Numbered from the stretch's first letter, positions 35,708 to 46,115 are shown. The stretch: 54,239 nt of DNA from a bacterium (GCA_030603245.1 JAUVYE010000004.1:1-54239); one strand, 5' to 3'. Translations and numbers: made by a program. The notes: generated by a model not told the origin, from the letters alone.

Positions 35708-37338
35708 ATACGAATACATGCTCTTCGAGCAATAATGACTGAAACTTCTTTTTTTTCTAAAAACTCTTTAATAGTTTGTTCAAACTCTTTTACATTTATT
35801 GGATCAATTGTTTTTACATATTTTACCCCTAAGGCACGGACAATATCTTCAATCTTAATCTCTTCACCTTTTGCAGGAGCTCCAGGATGAGGTTGCTGAC
35901 CAGTCATGGCTGTGGTTCTATTATCCATAATAATAATTAAAGGGTCTGATTTATTGGAAATTGTATTGATTAAAGCAGGAATCCCAGCATGAAAAAATGA
36001 CGAATCGCCTACAAAAGCAATTACTTTTTGATTCGTTGCTTTTTTAATCCCATGAGCAATTCCAGCTGAAGAACCCATACAAAACAAATAATCCTGCATT
36101 TTATGCGGAGGATAAGCAGCTAACATATAGCAACCAATTTCTCCACCAAAAATTGTTCCCTTTGGGGCTAGTTTCTTAACAGTAGAAAATATCAACCAAT
36201 AAGGGCAATTGGAACAAAGTTGAGGAAAACGTTTTTCTATCTCTAATTTCTTAAACTTTCTAAGATGAGATTTAAAATTGAACTTTGGCTTTGTGTTTGC
36301 AAATTTAGCAAGAGCTGAAATTACATATTCTGGTTTTAATTCTCCAGTCACAGGTAAAACGTTTTTACCCCAAATCTGAAGTTTTGGATTTATATTCTTA
36401 GATAATCTTTCTGTTTCTTTTTCTAAATAGGGTTCTAACTCCTCTACTATTAAAACTTTTTTAAGTTTCTTGATAAATTTTTGAATTTTCTTTTCTGGCA
36501 AAGGATTAAAAAATCCTAATTTAAAAACAGGCATTTTAAGATTCAACTCTTTCAGAGCTTCTTTAACATACAAATAAGAAACCCCTGAAGTAATAATACC
36601 CATTTTTTCGGACCTCAAACGTCCCTTAATTTGGTTAAGAGGAGATTTTTCTGAGATTTTTCTCATTTCTTCAATCTTTTCTAAAAGCTCATTCTTCATT
36701 TCTAAAACTCGAGGGGGCATTGTTGAAAATTGATGAGGGTCTTTAATAAATTTTGCTTTTCCTTTTGCTTTAACAATTCTCGCCAATCTAACCGGAGATG
36801 CTTGTAGGGCCACTCTGGTTGTTTCCCGAATCATAACAGGTATTTTAAACTTCTTAGAAAGCTCAAAACCTAATTTAGTAAAGTCTTTACACTCTTGAGA
36901 ATCAGATGGTTCTAAAATTGGTATATGAGCTAAATTAGCAAAGCCTCTGGTATTTTCTTCTGATTGAGCTGAACTCCAGCAATTAGGATCATCAGCCACC
37001 AAAATAACCATTTCTCCTTTTATGCCTGAATAACACAAAGGTATTAAAAAGTCTGAAGCCACATTCAAACCAAAATTCTTCATTGCTACTAAAGTTTTCA
37101 AACCAGAAAAGGAAGCTCCTGCTCCTGCCTCTAGAGCCACTTTTTCATTGGTTGAATATTCAAAATAAATCCCTGCTTCTTCGGCAATTCTAAAAAAAGT
37201 ATTACCCACTTCTGAGGCCGGGGTTCCAGGATAAGTGGATACAAACTGAACGCCTGATTCCAAGGCGCCCCGAACAATAGCATTATTTCCTAAAAGAATA
37301 ATTTTTTCGCCAGTTTTTCCTGATAAAATTTCTTCCAT
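35704..37338 (-). CDS. iorA: Indolepyruvate:ferredoxin oxidoreductase alpha subunit
   Basis: YPGTPASE, NEKVALE, LCSNCPY, GDSSFFHAG, DNRTTAMTGQQPHP. Confidence 0.9.
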   Translation of the reverse strand: MEEILSGKTGEKIILLGNNAIVRGALESGVQFVSTYPGTPASEVGNTFFRIAEEAGIYFEYSTNEKVALEAGAGASFSGLKTLVAMKNFGLNVASDFLIPLCYSGIKGEMVILVADDPNCWSSAQSEENTRGFANLAHIPILEPSDSQECKDFTKLGFELSKKFKIPVMIRETTRVALQASPVRLARIVKAKGKAKFIKDPHQFSTMPPRVLEMKNELLEKIEEMRKISEKSPLNQIKGRLRSEKMGIITSGVSYLYVKEALKELNLKMPVFKLGFFNPLPEKKIQKFIKKLKKVLIVEELEPYLEKETERLSKNINPKLQIWGKNVLPVTGELKPEYVISALAKFANTKPKFNFKSHLRKFKKLEIEKRFPQLCSNCPYWLIFSTVKKLAPKGTIFGGEIGCYMLAAYPPHKMQDYLFCMGSSAGIAHGIKKATNQKVIAFVGDSSFFHAGIPALINTISNKSDPLIIIMDNRTTAMTGQQPHPGAPAKGEEIKIEDIVRALGVKYVKTIDPINVKEFEQTIKEFLEKKEVSVIIARRACIRI

Positions 37339-37343
37339 AAAAT

Positions 37344-38081
37344 TTAGTATTTTCTTTTTAATTTTGACGCTGCTTTTTCGTCAAGAATAACAATCGTATC
37401 TTGATGTTTCTGTAAAATTGAAGCAGTAATTTGAGAAGTAATTGGACCTTCTAAGGCTTTTGCAATACTTATTGCTTTGTTTTCACCCGAAGCCAAAAGA
37501 AGAATTTTTTTTGCTTCAAAAATTGTTTGGACTCCCATAGTGATAGCAAATTTAGGGACATCTTCTTCTTTTTCAAAAAATCGAGAGTTATCTTTAATAG
37601 TTGATTGAGCTAATTTTGCCAAATGTGTTCTTGAATTAAAGGGAGTTCCTGGTTCATTAAATCCAATATGACCATCTGAACCAATGCCTAAAATTTGAAG
37701 ATCAATCCCTCCCACGTTTTGAATGTCTTGTTCATAATCTCTACAAAACACCTTAACATCTTTAGTCTCTCCATTAGGTATATGAATATTCTTAGAATCA
37801 ATGTTTATATTATCAAAAAAATTCTCTTTCATATAATAATGATAACTTTGGGAATGATTGGCTGGTAAACCAAGGTATTCGTCTAAATTAAAAGTAATAA
37901 TTTTTGAGAAATCTAAAACGTTCTGTTTGTGCATTTGAATCAACTTTTGATAAAGACCAATTGGAGTGCTTCCAGTAGCTAATCCCAAAACAAGGTTTAG
38001 TTTTTCTTGAATGGCTTGTTTAACAATCTCAGCAGCTTGTTTGCTTAAATCCTCGTAATTTTTTTCAATAATAATTTTCAT
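37344..38081 (-). CDS. nagB: Glucosamine-6-phosphate deaminase
   Basis: GLATGSTP, TFNLDEY, GIG.DGHIGFNEPG. Confidence 0.95.
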   Translation of the reverse strand: MKIIIEKNYEDLSKQAAEIVKQAIQEKLNLVLGLATGSTPIGLYQKLIQMHKQNVLDFSKIITFNLDEYLGLPANHSQSYHYYMKENFFDNINIDSKNIHIPNGETKDVKVFCRDYEQDIQNVGGIDLQILGIGSDGHIGFNEPGTPFNSRTHLAKLAQSTIKDNSRFFEKEEDVPKFAITMGVQTIFEAKKILLLASGENKAISIAKALEGPITSQITASILQKHQDTIVILDEKAASKLKRKY

Positions 38082-38091
38082 ATATGCTTTA

Positions 38092-40488
38092 TTATATCAC
38101 TATATTAATTAATCTCTGAGGGACAAAAATTATTTTTTGGATTTCTTTATCCCCTATCCATTTTTTGATTTTTTCTCGGGATAAAGCAATTTCTTTAGCT
38201 TTTTTTTCAGAAAGGTTAACTTCAACTTCTATTTTGTCTCGCACCCTCCCATTAATTTGAATTATCAGAGTAAACATTTTTTCTTGGACTATTTTAGAAT
38301 CATGCTTAGGCCAAGCCTGTTTATGAATTGAATCTTTAAACCCTAACTCATGCCACAACTCTTCAGTCATATGGGGAGCAAAAGGAGCTAACATTTTCAA
38401 AGCTCTTTCAATAACATCTCTGCCAAGTTTTTCTTTGTTCAGAGATGCAAAATTAACAAATTCCATAAAAGCAGCTATGGAAGTATTAAACTTCATTTTT
38501 TCTAAGTCCCGATCAATCTTCCTATTAAGTTGATGAGCTGCTCTAATAATTTCTGAGCTGCTTTTTTCATTTTGTTTGCATTCCAAAATTAATCTCCAAA
38601 ACTTTTCTAAAAATCGAAAAACTCCTTTAACTCCCTTAGGGTTCCAGGCAATGGCTTGATCAAAAGGCCCCATAAACATTTCGTAAATTCGCAAAGTATC
38701 AGCTCCATAAGTTTTAACAATCTCATCAGGATTAATTACATTATCAAAAGATTTTGACATTTTACGGCCATCTTCAGCCAAAACCATACCATGGGAAGTT
38801 CTTTTTTGATATGGTTCAGGGCTTGGACAAATTTTAATATCATAAAGGAATTTGTAAATAAAGCGAGAATACAAAAGGTGTAAGGTTGTATGCTCCATAC
38901 CACCATTATACCAATCAACTGGCATCCAGTATTTTAATTTCTTTTTATCAACTAAAGCTTTGTCATTTTTAGGATCAATATAGCGCATAAAATACCAATT
39001 AGAGCCAGCCCAATTAGGCATAGTATCTGTTTCTCTTTTAGCTTCACCCCCACATTTAGGACATTTTACATTGACCCATTCTGAAATTCTGGCTAAAGGA
39101 GATTCACCTGTATCAGTTGGTTGATATTTTTCAACAAAAGGCAGTTCAACTGGTAAATCTTTTTCTGGTACTGGAACCACTCCACAGGATTTACAATGAA
39201 TAATTGGAATTGGTTCTCCCCAATAATGCTGTCTGGAAAAAATCCAATCTCTGAGCTTGTATTGAACTGTTTTTTTGCCTAAACCTTGTTTTTTTAGCCA
39301 TTGAGTAATCTTTTCTATTGCTTGTTCAGAAGACAAACCATTAAACTCTTCAGAATTAACTAATTTTCCATAATCAACAAAAGCTTGTTTAGAAATATCG
39401 CCTCCAGAAATTACTTCTTTAATTTCCAGTCCATATTTTTTAGCAAAATCATAATCTCTTTTATCATGAGCTGGCACTACCATAACTGCGCCTCCACCAT
39501 AAGTACCAACCACATAATCCCCTACCCAGACAGGAATTTTTTCTTGATTTACTGGATTTAAACAATAAGAACCAGTAAAAACTCCTGTTTTTTCTTTTTC
39601 CAATTCTGTTCTTTCAAACTCAGTTTTTTCTTTAGATTCTTGAATGTACTTTTTAACTTGTTTTTCATTTTCTTTTGTAGTCAATTTTTCAACCAAAGGA
39701 TGCTCAGGAGCTAAAACCATAGCCGTCACCCCAAAAAGAGTATCTGTTCTAGTTGTAAAAACACTAATCTTGTCTTCAGAATTTTCAAGCTTAAAATCAA
39801 TGTTTGTTCCATAGCTTCTGCCTATCCAGTTTATTTGTTGAGCCCTAATTTTTTCCCAAAAATCAACTTTATCCAAATCATCAATTAACCTATCAGCATA
39901 TTTTGTAATTTTAAACATCCATTGTTTTAATATTTTTTGTTCAACTTTTGCCCCACATCTTTCACATTTATTATCAATTACTTCTTCGTTAGCCAAACCA
40001 ATCTTACAAGATGGACACCAATTAACTGGAATTTCTGCTTGATAAGCTAAATCTTTTTTGAGAAGCTGCAAAAAGATCCACTGAGTCCATTTATAATATT
40101 TGGGGTCAGTAGTATTAATTTCTCTGTCCCAATCAAAAGAAAGGCCCAGGCTTTTTAATTGTCTTTTGAAAGTAGCAACATTTTTCTCAGTTGCTACTTG
40201 AGGATGAATGCCTGTTTTAATAGCATAGTTTTCAGTTGGTAAACCAAAGGCATCCCAACCAATAGGATATAAAACATTAAAACCCTCCATTCGCTTTTTG
40301 CGGACTATAGCATCCATTGCGGAATAAGAGCGACAATGCCCAACATGCAGCCCAACGCCTGAAGGATAAGGAAACTCAATTAAAATATAAAGTTTTGGTT
40401 TCTTGGAAAAATCTTCAGCTTGATAAAAATTATTCTCTTGCCAATATTTTTGCCACTTTTTTTCAATCTCTTGAGGATTGTATTTCAT
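38092..40488 (-). CDS. leuS: Leucyl-tRNA synthetase
   Basis: FPYPSG..LHVGH, GWDAFGLP.EN, KMSKS. Confidence 0.96.
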   Translation of the reverse strand: MKYNPQEIEKKWQKYWQENNFYQAEDFSKKPKLYILIEFPYPSGVGLHVGHCRSYSAMDAIVRKKRMEGFNVLYPIGWDAFGLPTENYAIKTGIHPQVATEKNVATFKRQLKSLGLSFDWDREINTTDPKYYKWTQWIFLQLLKKDLAYQAEIPVNWCPSCKIGLANEEVIDNKCERCGAKVEQKILKQWMFKITKYADRLIDDLDKVDFWEKIRAQQINWIGRSYGTNIDFKLENSEDKISVFTTRTDTLFGVTAMVLAPEHPLVEKLTTKENEKQVKKYIQESKEKTEFERTELEKEKTGVFTGSYCLNPVNQEKIPVWVGDYVVGTYGGGAVMVVPAHDKRDYDFAKKYGLEIKEVISGGDISKQAFVDYGKLVNSEEFNGLSSEQAIEKITQWLKKQGLGKKTVQYKLRDWIFSRQHYWGEPIPIIHCKSCGVVPVPEKDLPVELPFVEKYQPTDTGESPLARISEWVNVKCPKCGGEAKRETDTMPNWAGSNWYFMRYIDPKNDKALVDKKKLKYWMPVDWYNGGMEHTTLHLLYSRFIYKFLYDIKICPSPEPYQKRTSHGMVLAEDGRKMSKSFDNVINPDEIVKTYGADTLRIYEMFMGPFDQAIAWNPKGVKGVFRFLEKFWRLILECKQNEKSSSEIIRAAHQLNRKIDRDLEKMKFNTSIAAFMEFVNFASLNKEKLGRDVIERALKMLAPFAPHMTEELWHELGFKDSIHKQAWPKHDSKIVQEKMFTLIIQINGRVRDKIEVEVNLSEKKAKEIALSREKIKKWIGDKEIQKIIFVPQRLINIVI

Positions 40489-40579
40489 ATGTTTTATCTT
40501 ATATCCTTGCTTTAATTTTGTAAAATAAAAAGGGGCCAGACTTCAGTTTGAAATCTGGCTAAAAAGGGGGCCAAGGAAC

Positions 40580-40774
40580 TTATTTGTGCCCTGGGTGGAA
40601 AATCTGCCCGAGGGCAACCGGCTCCTCATGACCAACTACGGGAATACGAAGACCTTCCCAAGGATCGGCTTTTTCTATCTCAGTCGTCTGGGCTAATCCT
40701 TTTTCCTCAGAAAACACGAGGGTCACTCCTTCGGGATGGCCAAGAATTGGAAGATTAACTTCTTTTTTACCCAA
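40580..40774 (-). CDS. Small hypothetical protein
   Basis: 64-aa ORF, GC-richer than the flanks; internal near-repeat LPILGH.E.V.L / IPVVGH.E.V.L. Confidence 0.45.
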   Translation of the reverse strand: MGKKEVNLPILGHPEGVTLVFSEEKGLAQTTEIEKADPWEGLRIPVVGHEEPVALGQIFHPGHK

Positions 40775-40847
40775 TCTTTATCACTAATTTATATTATAAA
40801 GATTATAAAAAATTTGTAAAATGATGAAAATAAATTAGAATTAATTA

Positions 40848-41645
40848 ATGGAGTTAATTTTTTTAAAACTTGGCGGGTCTTTAATCACTCAAAAAGATAA
40901 TCCTTTTACTGAAAGAAAGGATATTATACAACGACTGGCTAAAGAAATACACGAAGCAAGACAAAAAAAAGACTTTAAATTACTTATAGGTAATGGAGGA
41001 GGTTCATATCCTCATGTGCCAGCTAAAAAATATCAAACAGCCAAAGGAATTATTAACGAAGAAAGCTTAAAAGGTATAGCTGAAGTACAAGATGCTGCTG
41101 CTAGATTGAATAGAATAATTGTCAGGGCTTTTTTAGACGCTGGCGAAAATGCGATTTCAGTCCAACCATCTTCTGTTTGTATTACTGAAAACTCAAAAAT
41201 TGTTGAGTTTTATACAAAACCATTAGAAATGTTGTTGGAAAAAGAAATGCTGCCTGTTGTTTACGGAGATATTGGTTTAGATCTAAAGCAAGGCTGCTCT
41301 ATTATCTCTACAGAAGAACTGTTTGTTTTTTTAGCTAAAAAATTAAAACCGCAAAAAATTATTATGGCTGGTGTAGTAGATGGGGTTTTTACCGCTGATC
41401 CTACAAAAGATAAAACAGCTCAAATGATTCCAAAAATTACACCGCAAAATTATCCTGAAATTAAAAAAAAGCTTTCAGGAAGCGCTGGTATTGACGTAAC
41501 TGGTGGTATGCTTCTAAAAGTAGAAAAGGCATTGGAATTGATCTCAACGGGCGCCGAAGTAAGTATTATTAATGGCCTGGTTGAAAATCGAGTTAAAGAA
41601 GCGCTTTTAGGAAAAGAAGTTGTGAGAACTATAATAAAATCGTAA
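40848..41645 (+). CDS. Isopentenyl phosphate kinase (amino-acid-kinase family)
   Basis: LKLGGSLIT.K, GGGSYPH, PVVYGD, IISTE, DVTGGM..K. Confidence 0.8.
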   Translation: MELIFLKLGGSLITQKDNPFTERKDIIQRLAKEIHEARQKKDFKLLIGNGGGSYPHVPAKKYQTAKGIINEESLKGIAEVQDAAARLNRIIVRAFLDAGENAISVQPSSVCITENSKIVEFYTKPLEMLLEKEMLPVVYGDIGLDLKQGCSIISTEELFVFLAKKLKPQKIIMAGVVDGVFTADPTKDKTAQMIPKITPQNYPEIKKKLSGSAGIDVTGGMLLKVEKALELISTGAEVSIINGLVENRVKEALLGKEVVRTIIKS

Positions 41646-41697
41646 AAATCAATCAAGAAATTAAAACAGGACAAGAAAATTTCTCGTCCTGTTTTTA

Positions 41698-41726
41698 TTG
41701 ACAAAAATATTTATATTTGTTATAAA
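41698..41726 (+). promoter_or_regulatory. sigma70-type promoter
   Basis: TTGACA-17 nt-TATAAA. Confidence 0.65.
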
Positions 41727-41745
41727 TTTATTTAGTGCATTAGCA

Positions 41746-41961
41746 ATGATAAATTTGGTAAGTTTAGCGTCTAATCCAACAGAAGCATTGAAATGGATTA
41801 GCGTAGAGCTGACATCATTCATGTCAGCAAGCACAATTGAGCGGGAATATATCGAGACATTAAAACAGGCTCGGCAATTGATCGAAGAAGGAAGGCTTGA
41901 CGGCCTCAAACAAATAAATGAGCGCCTGAGAGATCTCGAATATCAAAATCTTTTTGATTAA
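41746..41961 (+). CDS. Small hypothetical protein
   Basis: ATG just downstream of the promoter; the ORF-track start coincides with the -35 box. Confidence 0.5.
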   Translation: MINLVSLASNPTEALKWISVELTSFMSASTIEREYIETLKQARQLIEEGRLDGLKQINERLRDLEYQNLFD

Positions 41962-42039
41962 TTTCAGCTCAATACCAAAACCCATAGAGAGAATCTCATT
42001 CTCTCGCTTTTTTTTATAAAACATGTAGATAAACTTAGT

Positions 42040-42858
42040 TTATTTGAGATTAAATAAGGTTTTAGCGTTTTGAGCAGTGATCTTGGCTACGGTTTCTAAG
42101 TCAATTTCCTTGATTTCAGCTATTCTTTGGGCTATATATTTCACTTTTAAGGGATCGTTTCTTTGTCCCTTAAACTCGGGGGGAGGCAAGTAAGGACAAT
42201 CAGTTTCAATTAAAATTCTCTCCAAAGGAGTTTTTTTAATTATTTCATCAAGGTTTAATTTAAAAATTATTCCATTAAAACCTAAATACAACCCCATATC
42301 CATATATTGTTGAGCCTGTTCCCAGGTTCCAGTAAAACAATGAACCACCCCTTTAATTCCTTTTTGGGATTTTAAAATTTCTAATAAATCCTTGTGCGCC
42401 ATCCGACAATGAAAAATTACAGGCAAACTTAGTTCTTTCGCTAATTCTAATTGTTTCAAAAGCAAATCTTTTTGTTTCTGGAAAAACCTTTGTTTTCTAC
42501 CAGTGGTTTTTGGTTTCCAATAATAATCTAAACCAATCTCTCCGATAGCAACTACCTTTGGTAATCCAGCCAATTTTTTGTATTGATTAAAGTCAAAATC
42601 TTGCTCTAAATGTTTTCCTTCGTTTTTATCAAATTTAATCTTTACTAAACCAGTATCTAAATTTATAGGATGAAGGCCAATAGAAGCATAAACACCTTGA
42701 GGATATTTTTGAGCAATATCAACTACTTCTTGAGAGGTTTTTAAATTAGTGCCTACATTAATCATCCAAACATTGTTGTCTAAACATTTTTGAATGACTT
42801 GTTCTCTGTCTTTTTCAAAAGATGAAAAATTAATATGAGCATGAGTATCAATTAACAT
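42040..42858 (-). CDS. tatD: TatD-family DNase
   Basis: LIDTHAH, GLHP, IGEIGLDY, HCR, HCF, ETDCPY. Confidence 0.92.
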   Translation of the reverse strand: MLIDTHAHINFSSFEKDREQVIQKCLDNNVWMINVGTNLKTSQEVVDIAQKYPQGVYASIGLHPINLDTGLVKIKFDKNEGKHLEQDFDFNQYKKLAGLPKVVAIGEIGLDYYWKPKTTGRKQRFFQKQKDLLLKQLELAKELSLPVIFHCRMAHKDLLEILKSQKGIKGVVHCFTGTWEQAQQYMDMGLYLGFNGIIFKLNLDEIIKKTPLERILIETDCPYLPPPEFKGQRNDPLKVKYIAQRIAEIKEIDLETVAKITAQNAKTLFNLK

Positions 42859-42895
42859 ATAAATCATTTTACCAAAAAAAAGAGGGAAGTTTTAA

Positions 42896-43204
42896 TTAAC
42901 TTCCCGTAAATAGGATGGGAATGATGGGGGGTGGTTGCTTTTCGTCGACTTCGATTCCGTGCTCTTCAAGAATAAAGAAACCTGAGTTGAATTTGTGGGG
43001 CCCGTTAGAACCAACGACTCGATACTCTCTTCCTACCGGAAGTGAGCATACCTTGCCCTCTATTCCATTTCTCTTTTTTGTACGAGTTTTTATCTCTCTT
43101 CCCTTCTTTAGAAACCAGAGATACACTTTGAAGTTGCTGAATAACTGCAGGGCATTCGGAAAGAAAACCTTAACCATCTTTTTGGTTTTCGCCATTTTTT
43201 TCAT
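42896..43204 (-). CDS. Hypothetical protein
   Basis: GGAGGAG RBS before ATG 43204; the ORF track extends further upstream. Confidence 0.55.
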   Translation of the reverse strand: MKKMAKTKKMVKVFFPNALQLFSNFKVYLWFLKKGREIKTRTKKRNGIEGKVCSLPVGREYRVVGSNGPHKFNSGFFILEEHGIEVDEKQPPPIIPILFTGS

Positions 43205-43646
43205 CTCCTCCCTTTGGCCATGATTCGGCTCCCCAAAAGGATGAAAACTTTTCTTCTGGCTTCTTATCCTTTTCAAGAATTTTCCCACTCTCTTTCTGTT
43301 CTTTTGTCTGTTCCATTTTTCTATTCCTCATAACGGTGACTTAGTCACCAAAACTTATTATTGATGAACAAATCACCGTTATAAGGTTTTATCAATCTCT
43401 TTTTGTCTTATTATGTTGTGAAAGAACTAAAAAACCTCCCGTTAAGTTGGGAGGTTTGAAAAATTTCTAATTTCTAATTGTCTTAATTTCTAATTTTTAT
43501 TAAACCTCCCAATGAAAACAAACCAAAAAAAATAACGAGAATGGCTTGTTTTGTTAAGAGATTATTATAATTTTTCTTTTCTTGAATAATATACATTTAA
43601 TTAAAAAATAGATGCAATTATTAGAATATCAGAATCGAAAATCTTG

Positions 43647-45083
43647 TCAAGAAATTAATCTGGGGAAAAGTGATTTTGATTCTTTAGTTTTTAATTGCTC
43701 AAGGATTTTCTCTGAGGTTTCTGGTAAGAAAGACTTTAACATCTCAGCAATATTTGACAAAGCCAAAAGTAAATCATTAATCACTTGTTCTTGCTTATCT
43801 GACTCTTCCCAGGGTTTAGTTTGTTCAATGTATTTGTCACAAAAACCAATCAATCTCCAAATTGTCACTAAAGCCTCATTAAACTTAAACTCATCTAATG
43901 ATTTTTTGTATTCTTCCCAAGTTTTGTCTGTAATTTTTTGAAAATTGGAATTTGAAAATTCATTGGAAATTGAAAATTGGAAATTAGAGTTTTGAGCAAG
44001 AGTAATAACCCGAGCAACAAAGTTGCCTAATCCTCTAGACAAATCAGCTGTATATCTATCCTCAAACTTTTCGTAAGTAAAATCTCCATCTTGCGTTGGA
44101 GGCATTTCTCTTAAAAGAAAATATCTAACAGGGTCAGTGCCATATTTTTCAACTAATTTAATAGGATTAATAACATTTCCTATGCTTTTTGACATCTTTC
44201 CCCCATCAACTGTTAAAAAACCGTGAACAAAGATGGTTTTGGGCAACGGCAAGTCCAGAGATAAAAGCAAAGCTCCCCAAATTACACTATGATGCCAGAC
44301 TATGTCTTTTCCTATAATATGAACTTCTGCTGGCCAAAAGGTTTCAAATTCTCTGTTCGGATAACCTATAGTTGTAAGATAGTTTATTAGAGCATCTACC
44401 CAAACAAAAATAGTAAATTTTTTATTTAAAGGAACAGGAATTCCCCATTCAACTTTAGCCCTAGAAATACTTAAGTCTTGCAGTGGTTCTTTTAGTCTAT
44501 TTAAAATTTCATTACTTTTACTCTCCGGAATAATAAAGTTCTCGTTTTCTTTAATGTGCTTGATGAGCGTATTTTGGTATTTGCTCATTCTAAAAAAATA
44601 TGTTTCCTCTTCTATTATTTCTGGTTCTTTTTTGTGTACAGGACATTTGCCCTCAATTAAATCTTTTGCTAAATAGTAACTCTCGCAATCAACACAATAT
44701 AATCCTTTGTATTTCCCTTTATAAATATCTCCTTTATCATATATTTTCTGAAAAATTTTTTGGACAACTTTTTCATGTCTTTCGTCTGTGGTTCTAATAA
44801 AATCGTCGTAAGAGATGTTCAGAGATTTCCAAGCGTCCTTAAAATATTTACTCATTTCATCTACGAATTCCTTTGGATTTTTTCCCGCTTCTTCAGCTTT
44901 TCTTTGGATTTTTAATCCATGTTCGTCTGTCCCAGTACTAAAATGAACTTCAAAACCTTGAAGTCTCTTATAACGTGCAATAACATCAGCTTGAATTTTT
45001 TCTAAGGAGTGACCCAAATGTGGCTTATCTGAAGGATAATCAATTGCGGTTGAAATAAAGAATTTTTTGTTTGAATCAGACAT
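43647..45083 (-). CDS. metG: Methionyl-tRNA synthetase
   Basis: HLGH, GTDEHG.KI, IGKDI, KMSKS. Confidence 0.95.
   Translation of the reverse strand: MSDSNKKFFISTAIDYPSDKPHLGHSLEKIQADVIARYKRLQGFEVHFSTGTDEHGLKIQRKAEEAGKNPKEFVDEMSKYFKDAWKSLNISYDDFIRTTDERHEKVVQKIFQKIYDKGDIYKGKYKGLYCVDCESYYLAKDLIEGKCPVHKKEPEIIEEETYFFRMSKYQNTLIKHIKENENFIIPESKSNEILNRLKEPLQDLSISRAKVEWGIPVPLNKKFTIFVWVDALINYLTTIGYPNREFETFWPAEVHIIGKDIVWHHSVIWGALLLSLDLPLPKTIFVHGFLTVDGGKMSKSIGNVINPIKLVEKYGTDPVRYFLLREMPPTQDGDFTYEKFEDRYTADLSRGLGNFVARVITLAQNSNFQFSISNEFSNSNFQKITDKTWEEYKKSLDEFKFNEALVTIWRLIGFCDKYIEQTKPWEESDKQEQVINDLLLALSNIAEMLKSFLPETSEKILEQLKTKESKSLFPRLIS
43939..43991. repeat. Degenerate 7-nt tandem repeat inside metG
   Basis: tgaaaat/tggaaat units; encodes NSNFQFSISNEFSNSNFQ. 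Confidence 0.7.
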
Positions 45084-46115
45084 TTATTTTACAACTAATT
45101 TTTCTTGCTTTTTAGCTATTAAAAAGTCTTTCCAGAACTCAAACAAAATACCAGTAATTGGAATTGCCAAGATGGCTCCTAAAAGCCCTAAAAGTTTTCC
45201 TCCAACAGCCAAAGAAATTAAAACTAAAGCCGGAGGAAGACCAATAAACTTTTTCGCCAAAATTGGTGTTATAATATTGCCCTCTATCAGCTGAATCAAG
45301 ATAAAAGCACCTAAGACAAAAAATGCTTTTAACCAGGAATCAAGTCCCACTAAAATAAAAGCTATAATAGCTGAAAATACTGGTCCTAAAATAGGAACAA
45401 TTTCCAAAACACCAGCTAAAAAAGAAAGGGTAAAAGTATATTGTACGCTAAAAATCTTAAGACTAATAAAGACTAAAATTGCCACAAAAATACCAGTTAA
45501 TATCCTTGTTCCAAACCATTGAGCAGTTTTAGTTTGACATCTTTTCCAAAGATCCAACGTATAATTTTCATACTGTTGAGGAGTAAAAATAGCTAAAAGT
45601 CGCTCAATTCCACCCTCTTCCAAAGAAATGAAAAAAGCAACTGAACCAATAAAAATAGTGGAACCAATTCCTCCAAAAATAACTGAAAGAGCGCTTAAAA
45701 TATTCGTTGAAGCTTTTTCAAGAAAATCTCCAATTGCTTGAATAAAACTTTCCATGCTTTCAAGAGCCTCGATTCCTAATCCTTGCAATGGAGGAGAAAT
45801 TCTTTCAAAATATTGTGGGAAAAGTTGAGAAAATTGTTTTATCTCTGTAAAGAGTAATGGAAACAACCAATAAATAGTTAAAGCTAAACATCCAAAAATC
45901 ATTGAATAAACAAAAAGGGTAGCTAAAAATCTGGGTAATCCTCGACGTCTTAAAAAACTAATAGCAGGCTCAAATAAAACTGAAATAATTAAAGCAAAAA
46001 CAGACCAAACTAAAATATTCCTGATTAAATAAATGAGGTAAAAACAGAAAAGAGCAAAAGCAATCTTTAAAATTGTTCCCCAAGAAATATCTAGTAATTG
46101 AGTTTTTTGGTTCAT
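45084..46115 (-). CDS. AI-2E (PerM) family transporter
   Basis: Multi-TM; VPILGP, IQLIEGNIITP, GLLGAILAIP. Confidence 0.9.
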   Translation of the reverse strand: MNQKTQLLDISWGTILKIAFALFCFYLIYLIRNILVWSVFALIISVLFEPAISFLRRRGLPRFLATLFVYSMIFGCLALTIYWLFPLLFTEIKQFSQLFPQYFERISPPLQGLGIEALESMESFIQAIGDFLEKASTNILSALSVIFGGIGSTIFIGSVAFFISLEEGGIERLLAIFTPQQYENYTLDLWKRCQTKTAQWFGTRILTGIFVAILVFISLKIFSVQYTFTLSFLAGVLEIVPILGPVFSAIIAFILVGLDSWLKAFFVLGAFILIQLIEGNIITPILAKKFIGLPPALVLISLAVGGKLLGLLGAILAIPITGILFEFWKDFLIAKKQEKLVVK

